A DNA stretch of 64,000 nt from Callorhinchus milii (Eukaryota), in NCBI RefSeq assembly GCF_018977255.1, contig NW_024704742.1:109742001-109806000 (forward strand), read 5' to 3'. Position numbers and translations under genes: made by a program. The notes under the pieces are model-generated. The model had not been told where the DNA came from. It did not search any database and was given only the letters and a program-made list of their open reading frames with translations. Numbering within the stretch: position 1 is the stretch's first letter; each line of letters starts with the position of its first letter. Below, one piece after another: positions 12,390-25,680 of the stretch.

Positions 12390-13590
12390 ACTGGCTACCA
12401 TGTTTCTAACTACCGGCCCATCTCCAACTTCCCTTTTCTTTCCAAGGTGCTTGAAAGAGTCATTACTTCGCTCCTTCCTCTCCAAGCACTCCCTACACGA
12501 GCCCCTCCAGTCGGGTTTCCGTGCTGCTCACAGCATGGAAACTTCTCTGGTCAAGGTCACAAGGACATCCCGTCTATCTGTGACCAAGGCTCTTTCTGCA
12601 TCCTCTTTGACCTCTCTGCTGCCTTCCATACCATGGACCACTCCATCGTCCTCCATTGCCTCTCCTCTCACCTCAACCTTCAAGGTTCTGTCCTTGAATG
12701 GTTCAGGTCTTATCTCACACTGCTCCAATTTGTCTCCGCCAACAGTTTCTCTTCCAGCCCCCGCACAGTTTTGTGCAGTGTTCCTCGGGGCTCTGTCCTC
12801 AGTCCCTTCCTCTTCATTTTCTACATGTTCCTCCTTGGTGACATCATCCGCAGACATGGGGTCAATTCCACATGTACATGGATGAGACCTAACTCTATCC
12901 TTGCCTCCACCCTCAATTCCAGGACAACTGACATGCTGACAGACTGTCTGTCAGACATCAAGTCTTGGATGAGGCCAACTTTCTACAGGTGAATGTCAGC
13001 AAGACTGAGGCCCTTCTGAATGCCTCACGCCACCACCTCTGCACCTCAGGCACTGGCAGCATCAGCATCCACCGATGCACACTCAACTTCACCAAGCCAG
13101 TCAGGAACCTGGGTGACTTGTTCGATCCTCAAATGTCCTTTCTCCCCCATATCCGTGCTATGACCCACTCTGCCTTCCCCACCTCCACAAAATTGCCCGA
13201 TTCCGCCACTGCCTCACCCCTCAGGCTGCCGAAACCCTACACATTCGTCACTCAAGGTTCGACAACGGAAACCCTCGCCTTGTTGGCCTCCCCAACCCCC
13301 CCCCAAAGCTCCAGATCATCCAGAACTCTGCCGCTCATGTCCTCTCCCGCGCCATGCTCCGTGACCCCATCACCCCCACCCTCGCCAGGCTCCACTGGCT
13401 CCCCATTCCTCAGAGAATAGAATTCAAAATCCTTGTCCTCACTTTCAAGGCCCTACACGTCCTTGACCCTGCTCTGACCTGCTGACCCCCTATCAGCCTG
13501 TCCTCTCACTCCATTCAGCAGGCTCTGGCCTGCTCCATGTCTCCCACCCAACTTGCCCTACCATGGAAAAGGCACTAATTTTGTTGTTGT
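12390..13590 (+). mobile_element. L2 LINE fragment
   Basis: SNYRPISNFPFLSKVLE, DLSAAFHTMDH, VPRGSVLSPFLF. Confidence 0.92.
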
Positions 13591-13810
13591 GTTTTGCCCA
13601 TAAAATTCAGTCAATCCACAGTCTATCCTGTGACGTGCTTTGAGATGTTGCAACACCGTGCTAAGGCACTATATGAAATGCAAGGATTTATTTTAAATCA
13701 AATTGATCATTCACTTCATGGCTATTTCTGTGGGACATGGCTGTATGCAAATTGGCTGCTGTGTTTGTCTACAAAACTCACACTTGTTACACTTTACAAT
13801 GTATCCCGTG

Positions 13811-14175
13811 AACAACAACAACAAGATTCCATTTATTGAGCGCCTTTCACGTCGGGAGGACGTCCCAAGGCGCTGTACAGTTGGGTCACGACCCGAGCAG
13901 GGGGGAAATGGTCAGGGTGAGGGGAGGGAAGGGAGGGAGCGAGGAGGGGGTAGAGAGTCGAGAGGGGAGCTGAAGGCTCGGTCAAAGAGAAAGGTCTTGA
14001 GACCGGCCTTGAAGGAGGAAAGGGAGGAGGCGGCGAAGGCACTGGGGATAGAGTTCCAGAGCCTAGGGGCTGAGAGGCTGAAGTCCCGGCCACCGATGGT
14101 AGGGCGGTTGGGGCGGGGGATGTGGAGCAGACCGGAGCCAGAGGAACGGAGGGTACGGGCAGGTAGGTAGGGGAT
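13811..14175 (-). mobile_element. Young 5'-truncated L2 copy
   Basis: CpG-retaining. About 94% identical (by eye) to the reverse complement of 23001-23364. Confidence 0.92.
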
Positions 14176-14371
14176 CCTCTTATCAGATGTAAGGATTATT
14201 ATATAAAGGACTTTGAGATTTTCTGGTGTTATACATGCTATATGAAATTAATAGATTGCTGTATTTGTGATTTACTATGCTTTTTCCATTCCTATGGAAG
14301 CAGTAATTGTACTAAAATGAATAATTGGTTTTAATTGTTCTAAAACCTGTGACAAATCAATTTTCTCCCAG

Positions 14372-14473
14372 ATTTACTGTCCAGAATAGACTTGGAAGAG
14401 CTTATGAAGAAAGATGAACCACCTCTCAAATTTCCTCAAACTCTTGAAGATTTTGAATATTCATTTAATGAAA
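14372..14473 (+). CDS. FAM172A: FAM172A coding exon 2 (DLLSRID...YSFNE, phase 1-1)
   Basis: Acceptor ttttctcccag|, donor |gtaagt, 102 nt. Confidence 0.95.
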
Positions 14474-15379
14474 GTAAGTGTGATGCAATTTCTAGATGTT
14501 TAAAAGTAATTATTTTCCATTTTAAGAGCCATTTTTGTCTCTTCCACACTTCTCAATTGAGAGGTGCAAGCAGGTACTTCATTACCAGTTTTCCATAAAC
14601 TACACAAATTGACTTGTGTTGCGACTGGAAGCAGGAGGGAATTGAAGTGCAAGTTGGGCTGTGGTCCCAATCCTTATATGATTATATTATATTTCATGAT
14701 AAGGCACTATATCGAATAGTGGCTTATTACGTCATTAAGATGTCTGAAAGCACTTCATAAATTTTTAATGTGAACTGTAGTGACTATTTGTTGGTGAACC
14801 TGGCTGTTTGTGGGACATTGCTGTGTGAAAATTGGCTGCCGTGTTCACCTACAATTACAGAGTCATTAAACTACAAATCCTGTTCACATGTCCTCCCAAC
14901 GTGAAAGATGTATTAAATACAAGGAATATTTTCATTATAAGTAGAAACGTTTGCTTTAACATAAATTGGACTGGACATGATTACGACATTGTAATTCCAA
15001 TTGCAGTGAAATAGTCAACATTTATTCTCCCTGTGCTGCTGGAAGAAATGACTCAATCTGTGAACAGCAACACTTCATCTCTTAGATGCTCTCCCCAAAT
15101 CGCTCTGCCTCAACCTATCCTGCTTTTAAAAATCCTTCTTTGAACCTACTTTTTTGATTATGTCTTTGGTTGCCAAGCTCCTAACCCTCCCATTCCCCAC
15201 CCTGCTCAGATTTTCACTCCATCTGTGTTAAGCATCTGTTTCATCCGTTTCGCCCACAAATATACAGTCAATTCACTTTACAGTATATTCTGTGAAGCTC
15301 CTTGAGACGTCTAGAAGATGTGAAAAGCGCTATATCAAATGCAAGGATTATTATTATACAAGAGTTTTGAGATGCTATT

Positions 15380-16810
15380 TCCCACAGTCTCCACTAACGG
15401 CTTCTCCTCAAGTCCCTGCACCATCATGTGTGGCGTTCTTCAGGGCTCTGTCCTTGGTCCCTTCCTTTTCAACATTTACATGTTCCATCTTCTTGACATC
15501 ATCCGTAGACATGGGGTTAACTTCCACATGTATGCGGATAACACCCAACTCTACCTCTCCGCCTCCACCATCGACTCCAGGACCACTGCTGTCCTCATAG
15601 ACTGCCTGGTCGGACATCAAGTCCTGGATGAGTGCTAACTCCAGTTGAATGTCAACAAGACTGAGGCCTTCCTGCTTGGCTCCCGTCAGTGTCTCCATAC
15701 CTTGGGTCAAGCAGGATGCAGCATCTTGCGTCCTATTCAACCCTCAACTGTCCTTCATCCCCCACATCCTTGCTATGACCTGCTCCGCCTTTCCCCACCG
15801 TCTTGACCACCCCACCATTGACGGGTGCGCCTTCAGCCTCTCTACCCCACCCTCTGGAGCTCCATCCCACAATCCCTCGTCGCCTCCTTCGACCATGCCT
15901 TTGGTCACTCTCCTATCCTACCTCCACTCCTGCTGATGCCAAGCACCAGCTCGGGTGTTGATCCCTGACTGCCCTGCGCTTTGGGACGTCCTCCTTGTGT
16001 GAAAGGCGCTATACAAATGTGATTTGTTATAGAGATGTTATTCTACATTAAAGTTGCTGTAAAAATACAATCTGTTTTGATGTTCTAAATGAGTTCAATA
16101 TAATTCCAACAAAGATTGTTTGGTGCTTTAAGGGTTATTCCCTTCCTTTCTGTGTCATACTAGGCTGTGTACCTTGGGAGTATAGACATCGTTATGGTTA
16201 CTATTCATGTTTCCACGCATTTATTATATCTAGGCTCGACGATGTGAACTCACTGCTTGTTGGTCTTCACTCCACAAGCTGCAGATCATCCAGAACTCTG
16301 CAGCTCGTGTCTCCTCCCGCACCAGACTCTGTGATCCCATCAGCCCCACTTTCGCCTGACTCCTCTGGCTCCCCATTCCTCAGAGGATAGAGGTCAAAAT
16401 CCTTGTTCTCACCTTCAAAGACTTTCACGGCCTTGCTCCTTCCTATCTTTGTGATATGCTCACACCATATCAACCTGTCTGCTACCTCCCCTCAGCAGGC
16501 TCTGGCCTAGTCCACGTCCCCTGCCTGGCCCGCCCCACCATAGGCAGTCAGGCCTTCAGCATCTCTGCCCCCACCCTTTGAAACTCCATCTCACAGTCCC
16601 TTCGGCTCGCTCACTCCCTTTCCTCCTTCAAGACACGTCTCAAGACCCTCCTCTTTGACTGCTCCTTCGGCCACCCTCCTATCCTTACCCTCCCTGCCTC
16701 CACTCCTCCTGATCCCAACCCCAGCTTGGGTCCAAATCTCTGACTGTCCAGTGCCTTGGGACCTCCTCCTGATGCGAAAGGTGCTATATAAATGTAATTT
16801 GTTGTTGTTT
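15380..16810 (+). mobile_element. Two adjacent L2 fragments (about 15380-16030 and 16200-16810)
   Basis: GVLQGSVLGPFLFNIYM...FHMYADNTQLY. Two separate L2 tails. Confidence 0.88.
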
Positions 16811-17200
16811 CTTTGTGCATGATGATGAAGTGTGATGAGGTGGAACTTAATGAGGTTTCTCTTGGCCATTCATTTTCTCCTGAAATCAGATTGGCAGTAC
16901 CTTGGGTTGAAGCTGCAGCCGATGACCGTACAATGATTGGCACTTCACTGCCTTGAGATGTGCTTTTTGTAAATGTTATCTAAGGCATGGATTTGAAACC
17001 AAGTTTCCCTTTTGTTACTGTACTACTTTTTATTTAACAATCTTAGCAAACCATTGGAAGGTTCTGTTCAAAATGTGAAGGAATTTATTTTCCATTTTTG
17101 AAAGTAGCAAATTGTTCAGATTAAAAAAAAATGACTGCAATATTATTTTGCAGTGTGAATCAATGCAAAAACTGGATACTTTTGTGTATTTGTCTTTTAG

Positions 17201-17301
17201 AAGGCCAGCTAAGACATGTAAAAACTGGAGAACCTTATGCATTCAATTACCATGAAGATTTACACAGATGGAACCAGAAACGCTATGAAGCTCTTGGTGA
17301 A
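17201..17301 (+). CDS. FAM172A: FAM172A coding exon 3 (KGQLRH...EALGE, phase 1-0)
   Basis: Acceptor tgtcttttag|, donor |gtgagt, 101 nt. Confidence 0.95.
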
Positions 17302-18450
17302 GTGAGTTATTTTCATATAACCTTGATCAGACTGTTATAATTTTATGTGTGATTAGCCCTGAATTCCTTGACAAATTTGAAAATATATTGATAATTCTGT
17401 ATGCGATCTGAAGAGTATAGCTTCATTGCTATATCCATTTCTGTTTCACTCTATTTGTAAGTATGTGTTTAAAAATCTTTTCCACTTTGGTTTACTGGTG
17501 GCAATATTTTATTTATTTTATTGCAAAAGGTTAAAATGTTGCACCACATTAGCAAATTGATCAGATTTTTAAAAATTGACTAATATTATTTTGCAGTATG
17601 AATCAATGTAAAAACTGGATACTTTTGTGTATCAAATTTTAGATTGTTTGAAACAAATGTTGGCTTTCAGTGTTGGCCATTGCAATAACTTTAAATTTCC
17701 CTTTACTCTGCTGAAACTGAATTTTACACTTCACACATCAATAAACCTTGTGAGGTGGCTTATTTGATACTGAGTTATGACCTTTTTTTCTGTCAACTTT
17801 GAGAAATCATACTCAATGGAAACTGGGTCGAGACTTCCATAGATTATTTCAAGTAAGACACTCTGACTAACAGAAATTTCCATCCCATCATTCTGGGTGG
17901 ATTGAAGCTTACATCCCTGAGATGAAAGGAGCATTTACTTAGTATGTTACTTTGTTCCTCATTTTTTATTTATGATTTAAATTTTGTGGTAGAAGAGAAC
18001 AACATAGGGTTGAATTTCTTTATGTATGAACTATCTAAGCAATGCAAGTATTCGGTTATATTCAGTACCATTTTCTAAAGGTTTACTCAATCGGACATCT
18101 AATGAAGAGCTGTTTGATAATTGACCCAATAGAGTTGGAAATCTTTTTTAAAATCTGGTCTGAATCTGCATTTCTTGTAAAAGCAATTTTGCACCAATAC
18201 AGTTTTTCTTATGTTTTGGTTAATTTCCTTGATGTTTTGGAGCCATAGAAATAATTGCAGATTTTGTTCTCATGTTACTCAGGTTACCTTACATAGTTTA
18301 TTTACTTTATTAAGAGTTATTTAGTGATGCTCTGCACTTATACTAGCATCCAGTACAAAATGCTGAAATTCTCATTCTGACTGGCGCTTACTATTCATAA
18401 TTTATTGCATTTTCTAATTAAGAAATTTGCTTTTCTTCTAATTATATTTA

Positions 18451-18962
18451 CAGTGGAAGCCACTTAAACTGGATGCATCTGGGCAGGCTGTTTTGTCCGG
18501 CTTAAGCGGCTTCCAATGTTAATCAAAGTTCTACCCGCTCAGCAGAGGAGCGGCGACGTGCTTCTTCCCACCCATTGCCATTCCACAGGAAGAGGACCAA
18601 TTAGCAGCATCTCTGATGTGATTGACAGACTGGAGCTGCTTGTGAATGGATGGGCACACCATCCCATCACAAGCAGCTCCAGGCTTGTCAATCATTCGCA
18701 ATTTGATTCCTCCCATTGCCTTCCTGTTTCTTACCCATTCCTCGCCCGTCTACTGATTGACAGTCCCGAAGCAACTTGACTCCTACCATCTCCATCCCGG
18801 AACCTCTTGTGAGTGAGTAGACTCAGCGGTCCGTATTTTGTCCGTATTAAATATATTTCTGTCCAAATTAATTGGCATATTTAAAACCGGTAAGAATACA
18901 AATGAATCGGGGCTGGCATTTTGTACGATTTACCCGTCGTCCTGCTAAAGCGGCTTCCACTG
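18451..18962. mobile_element. Non-autonomous Tc1/mariner-superfamily (pogo/Tigger-like) MITE, 512 bp
   Basis: TA|CAGTGGAAGCCACTT...AAGCGGCTTCCACTG|TA: terminal inverted repeats (14/15 match) with TA target duplication. No transposase ORF. Confidence 0.85.
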
Positions 18963-20699
18963 TATTTCTTTTTGGAGCTCAATGTGCCCTGGATGGTACA
19001 TGTGCGTCTTGATCTCGGAGGCTGTACATATCTAGATAGGAGTACTGCCAAAGATTGAATTAGATTGCAGATTCAGTGTAGGAAACACAAAGAATTGGGG
19101 CCTACTCATTAGGGTGTACTTCCATGATCTTGCGTATACTACAATTTTTATATAGTTCTAAAATGAATTCCTTGATATTGCAGAGACTGGAAGGATTTAG
19201 TGAGTTAAGAAGGGTGGCCGCCACTTGAAGAGAGTGCCAGAAATTTCCCATTGCATGGGGAATCAAGTACATGGCAATTCCCCATTGCACGACATGAAAA
19301 GCATCTGCAAATTTAATTTGGGTACTAAAAGGGTAGATTTTCAAAGTGCTTTGCCTTATGATTCTTCTTAGCTACTTGTTCTCAAAAGAAAACACCAGTT
19401 GGAACTATTGTAGTACAATTAGTCTTTGCCAAATGAACTACTGGATATTGTAGAAATGTATAGTTAGCATTACACTCTAAAATAACTATTTAGATAATGA
19501 GCAAAACACAACCTTGAAATATCTAGAGCAGTGAGCTGTTATGGAGTGAGGTTTCATCTATGGAACCGTGAAAATTTTACGACATGGTAGAGGCCATTGT
19601 ATAATAGGTGCAGATTGAATTATTTGTGAAATAGCCTTCTACAGGTGATAGGAGTTTAGTCAAGTCCAATTTGTGCTGGCACAACCCTATTTCTACTGCT
19701 CATGTACAATGTAAAATAAATCTCCTTTCTTTAATTCAATTTTTTTTCAGTTTACTTTTTATTATTTTGATTTCATTTACCATGTGTAAGTTATTAGAAG
19801 GTTTTAAGATAATACCCAAGGGAAATGTTAGGAGTTATTAGGACATGAAATGCACTAAGACAAACAATGGTTGAAACAGATCTGCTTTCTCTCCACTCCG
19901 CTAGCCGCTGGCTCCGCTCGGCTGGCTCTGGCCTCCTGCTTGTCCGTCTACCCCTCCACTATCGATGGTCATGCTTTCAGCCACTATGCCCTGAAACTTT
20001 GAAACTCTCTCCCTCTGCCTTGCCCCCTCCTTCCCCTGTTTTAGAACATGACTGAAGACCACCCTTATCGACTGTGCTTACTGTCACCTCCTCCCTCTAG
20101 CCTGCTTGGCATCAGGCTCTTTAGCTGTTAATGACTTCAGGGTGCTGCCCCAATTGAAGGGTGTTATATTAAGGCAAATTATTATATTAGATTTTAAGAA
20201 GGATTTGGGCAAAAATCTTTCTTAAAATGGAAAAATATGGAGAAAGTATGGAGAAAAGACGGGTAGCTCACAGACATTAAGGGCTGATTGGCCTTCTCCG
20301 CTGAAACATTCTATGATTTTATTGAATTGAATCATAATTCCATAATAATTCCGTCATAATTCAATTGCACATCTGATGAAATATATTAGGGTCTTGAACA
20401 TTTTAATGCTCGTACAACTGGGTGCGATCAGGAGGAGCTGATGGTCTTCTGGATATCTTCTGCCCACTGCTGCTCTTAATTTTATTGTCAGAAAGTTTGT
20501 ATTTGTTATAGGTTATTGCAATTCATTGACCCTACTACACAAAGTGGATGATATTGGTTTCATTGTAGACGAGATTAATCTGGTTAAGATTTATTTAATA
20601 AAAGAAAAACTTCAAGAAAAATTGGGTGCCATGTGATAAACTATAACCCCAATTCAGTTGTGGTTATAGTTTATGGCATAGTACCGAATTTTATAATAA

Positions 20700-21250
20700 T
20701 AGTATGAATTCATGCTTGACCAACACTATTAACTTTTTTAAGATTTAACCGACCAAGTAGATAAAAGAAATGTGGTGTATATGGATGTGGAATGGGGTGC
20801 GGTGTACATGGATTTCAAGAATGCCTTTGATTTTTATGTCACGCAAGAGGACTCATGGCTAAAATCCAGGCATGTGGAGTCATGAGAGAGGCAGTAGAAT
20901 TGATTGAAATATAGCTAGGAAACCAAAAGCAAAGAGCACGAGTAAAGGGCAACTTCTTTGACCACCTAGAGGTAAAAAGTGGTGTTCTGCAGGGATGAAT
21001 AATAGGATTGCTACTGTCCACCATGTGCATAAATGATTTTGATTTGAATATGGAACGTATGGTGTTGAAATTTGCAAACAACAAATTACTGGTAAATAAT
21101 GAAGCGGATTCCAAAAAGATACAGGAAGACAAAAACTGGCTTGCAGTATGGCTAAACAGCAACAACTTGGATTTATATAGCGCCCACCACGCCGGACGGC
21201 ATCTCAGAGCGCTCGGTAGCAGATGAAGTTAGGCATATGGATGGCAGAGT
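20700..21250 (+). mobile_element. Decayed CR1 reverse transcriptase fragment
   Basis: VYMDFKNAFD, EVKSGVLQG and INDFDLNM...KFANNKL are colinear with the CR1 ORF at 52973-54028. Confidence 0.75.
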
Positions 21251-22914
21251 TTTGTGTTATCTGGACTTTGTGAGTGGTGGAACAGAGACGTGCATTTGAG
21301 AAGTCAAGGCAGGAGTTGACAAAAGCATAGATGAGGGTTTTGATGACAATTGGTGTGAGGTAGTGAGAGAGGCAAGCATGTGGTGAAAGTAAAAGCTGTC
21401 TTGGTCAGGGACAGAATATGAGGTAGGAAGCCCATGCTTTGTGTTTGTTTAACATGAGTTACTGTTATTTAGTGTATCCAAAGTAACCCTTGAAATGCCA
21501 GCTTTTTTTAAACTTCTACCTACGTATTTGTCTTGCTTAATCTGGGTTTACTGCCTCATATATTCCTAATGATTGACTATAATGCCTTTGAAATTTATAA
21601 CCAGATGCAAGTAAAGCTCATTTAACTTCAATAGATTGAATATTCTTTTTCATGCTGTTGAAATATAGAATTTTTGATAAACTGTTCTGAAGCAGTTTTA
21701 ATTTGCAGCTGTTAGAGTATGTGTAACAATGTTGCATTTCTAGATGTATTCAGATTCGGTTCTTTGAAGAGATTATGTCTGATGTGCATCAATGAGACTT
21801 TAGTTTCCTACCTTCTGGAAGGGGAGTGGGTTCATCAAAGTGATATGACAGTACTTGTAGGGTTCAGAGATGATTTAGTAAGTACAGTTTGCTGTATTAT
21901 TTGCAGATAAGTGACGAGTGTCTGATCTAATCCAGATGGAAATATATTAAGTTGTTGATGGATGTAATTTTTTTATGACTACCGAATGACAAACATTGAA
22001 AGCTAATGAGTTTGGAGTTTGGCAGATGGCTTTTGCTGTCAAGCATTGGTATTCTGTGGGTTGCTGTTGGAAGAAACAATTAGTCAGTCTGTCACCTCAA
22101 AGCTTTTGGAGAATGTTAAGATCTGACACACATCTGGCCTTTTCCACCAAATTTGTAAATAGCTTCCCTGCATCTTCATAGTTACTGATGAAAGTAGTTA
22201 CTAGTTCATAGTTGATGAAAATTCAATTGCAATTGCATATTTTTGTTTAATGGGATGTTTATCAGTATCTCATTGTATATATTTTATTGTAGGTTTTTAT
22301 AATTCATGCTTAAGAATACAGCTCTTTCACAAGAGGATCCTGACACCACATGTTAATTTCTTGACTTCCAAGTAGTCAGGTAGCCACTATTCCCTTGTGA
22401 TTTGCTGCATTTGAGAAGTTTCCATTTTAGTATATGTGGTATCAAGACCACAGAATACTAAACAATCCTATGTACAGAAAAAAATTTCATATTATTCCAA
22501 GCTCATGGAACCTATACTAAACTTTTGCAATATCTCAATTATAACAATCTGATCTCAGGCCATGATCTTGGTTTCAGAGCAAATTACTGTAGTTGATAAA
22601 TATTACCCTTAATCCTATGATGCAGAATTGAAGGAGTAATTTTTTTAATGCTTGTCAGATTGTTAAGACCGATTTTTGCATTCCTACCTCATTGAAAAAC
22701 TCGTCTCTTCCAGCATGTTTGGTGAGCTGTTCATTGGCACAAATGCACAACAAATAGGACATTGTATTATTGCAAGACCTAAGCAAAGGTCTGTGACCTT
22801 AACAATTCTGTGCATCATTTTTGTCAGTGACCTCATTGATCTCATCAAGAATTATGTTGAATAGTTTTCCTTTGCTGATGATATAACTTATTTAACCTAT
22901 CTGAGAAACCATGT

Positions 22915-23365
22915 GACCAAATCACTGTCGAATTCAAGATCCTCACCCTCACCTACAAGGCCATTCACGGCCTTGCTCCCTCCTACCTCTCCAACCTACT
23001 ATCCCCCTACTTACCTCCCGTACCCTCCGTTCCTCTGGCTCCGGTCTGCTCCACATCCCCCGCCCTAACCCCCCTACCATCGGTGGTCGTGCCTTCAGCC
23101 TCCCAGCCCCTAGGTTCTGGAACTCCATCCCCCAGTGCCTTCGCCGCCTCCTCCCTTTCCTCCTTCAAGGCCGGTCTCAAGACCTTTCTCTTCGACCGTG
23201 CCTTCAGCTCCCCTCTTGACTCTCTACCCCCTCCTCGCTCCCTCCCTTCCCTCCCCTCACCCTGACCATTCCCCCCCTGCTCGGGTCCCGACCCAACTGT
23301 CCAGCGCCTTGGGACGTCCTCCCAACATGAAAGGCGCTCTGTAAATGCAATTGTGTTGTTGTTGT
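22915..23365 (+). mobile_element. Young 5'-truncated L2 copy
   Basis: EFKILTLTYKAIHGLAPSYLSNLL... with an intact tail. Confidence 0.92.
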
Positions 23366-24654
23366 ATGCAGTTCTCGAAAGAACTTGGCAGTAGGAAGAT
23401 AAATTACATATTCAGTATTTCTTGAGGAAAGGTTATATGTATAAAAAAAACCTTACATTAAATTTAGCACCTTATCACTTCAGAGTGGTGAATTGGAGTG
23501 AGCTCGAAAAAGTACCAGTGTTGCCTTAAACTCACAACCTTCTGACTCCAAGATGAGAATGCTCCTAATTGAGCCACGCTGACCCAAATAAAGTTTTTGT
23601 TGACCCTGCATTCTGTCTGAAATCCAGTATTATCTATGTCATTACACTGTAAAACCCGGAAGGACCTTTATTATTTTTAGAAATTTATGAATCGGGTAGA
23701 TAGAAAATAACTCAACTTGATAATTTCCATTCATTTAACAATAGTGATTCAACACCATTTTTAAACAAAGATTCCTGCTAGAATAATTTAGTATTTTATT
23801 CACTAATTCAGTTCATTAATTCTGGAATATTGTATTTAGTTTCTGTGGTATGCATATTGCTATAATATCTATATTTTAAATCTGTTGCTTGGTGTATATC
23901 CCTTCAGTCTCAAATGCTGCAGTCTTCAATTTGAAAAATGTAATGGATTATCAGGGTCTATAAACATATGACAACATTCTGACAGCTTACTTAAAAAATA
24001 GTGAAATGTCCTGTGCATGCTTTATAGCTTGACTAACCGTTGTTGAAATGTATTAAAAATAATTTAGAAGCACAGCTGGTGACAAATGTGAAGGTATGTG
24101 TAAATATTTAGGCATGGCAGTAAAGGGAAAAAATGCTTACAAGCAGCAACAGGCAGAATCTGTCAAGTGGCAAGTCAGAAATCTTGTGTGTCTGAATGTC
24201 ATCACATCCGATTTTGCAGAATGCCACCTTTCTATTTTTCACTTGGCAGACTTTCCAGAACCATAAATGTACAAACTGCAGAGCTCCCTTTGAAGCTTCT
24301 CTTATGGATTTGTCTTTTGCTTAAAGAAGAAAGAGTTTAAGGGGTTCTCTTTTTGTACAAGAAAGTCTTGCTTCTCTATCACTAATTTTTAGTGATATTA
24401 TTATTGCCTTTGAAATCTTCTGAATATTTTGGTGATCGACCATTTCAAGACTCCTCACCAGGGATGCTTTGTTGATGTTACAAAATCAGGAAGATATGTG
24501 CATCCTGTCTTGCCTCCATTTAGTTTAACTAGGATTCGTGGTTTAGTTCAGTTTACAAACTAGCCTAGATCCTCCTGACCCTTAAAAAACATACTGAAGG
24601 TGAGTATGCAGCAGCCACCCAGTACTTTGTATTTCCAGGGTTAGTTTTTCCTCA

Positions 24655-25680
24655 GTTCTCAGGGCTCTATCCTTGTGCCTCTACCTTTCAATATCTACGT
24701 ACTCCTGCTTGGTGATGTTTACCTGTTGGCATGGGGTTAACTTTCACAAGTATGTCGATGACACCCAACTCTATCTCTCTCATTCCACCTTTAATTCAAG
24801 GACCACTGCTTTATAATAAAATAAACAATCCTTGCATTTGATATACCGCCTTTGATTCATCTCAAAGCGCTTCACAGAATATACTGTAAAGTGTTTCTTT
24901 ACCGATTGCAAGTTCTAGATGAGCTCTAATTTTCTTCAGTTGAACGCTGACAAGATGGAGGCTCTCCTGCTTGGTTCCCATCAGTGCCTTCTCACCACAG
25001 TTGTTGAGAGCATAAAACTATTTGTATGTGCACACAACCTTTTGGAGCCTTTGCATAGCCTTGATGTATTGTTTGACTCTCAACTGCTCTTTAAAATCCA
25101 CGTTTGTGTTCTGACCCGCTCAGCTTTCTTACAGCTCCGTAACATTAACCGTCTCCGCCACTACCTCTCTTCTCATTGCATCCCTAATCCATGCTTTCAC
25201 CACGCCACGCTAAATTACAGTGAGACTCTTCTTGCTGAACTACCTGCTTCTTCCCTTCACAAGATGAAGACTACCCAGAATTCTGCAGCTTGTGTCCTTT
25301 CCTGCACAAGACTCCACGAGCCTATCTCTCCAATGAGATAGCTACATTGGTTTTCCCATCCTCTAGCGGATCCAGTTCAAGATCCTCACCCTAATCTTTA
25401 AATCCCACCATGATCTTGCCTTACCCAACTTCTGTGACCTCTTCAAAACGTACAAACCCAGTCTCCCTCTGCTCAGCAGGCACAAGCCAGCATCACACCC
25501 CCTACCATTGTTGGTTAGGCTCTCAGCATATGTACCCCCACTCTGTGGAACTCAATTCCTGAGTCCTTTCGACGCACCACTTCTCTCGCTTCCTTCAAGA
25601 TCCACTTCAATGCCTTCCTCTTGATCATGCTTTTGGTCATCTTTCCCACCCCTTCGGCTCCCACCCCCATCTTAGGTGCA
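24655..25680 (+). mobile_element. Older L2 fragment with SINE tail inserted (about 24815-24895)
   Basis: MSSNFLQLNADKMEALLLGS and IQFKILTL. Confidence 0.85.

Noticed and set aside
22660..22900. ORF 22676-22864 as a novel peptide
   Set aside because: It reads through to ...IFVSDL...FSFADD, a very old LINE RT remnant.
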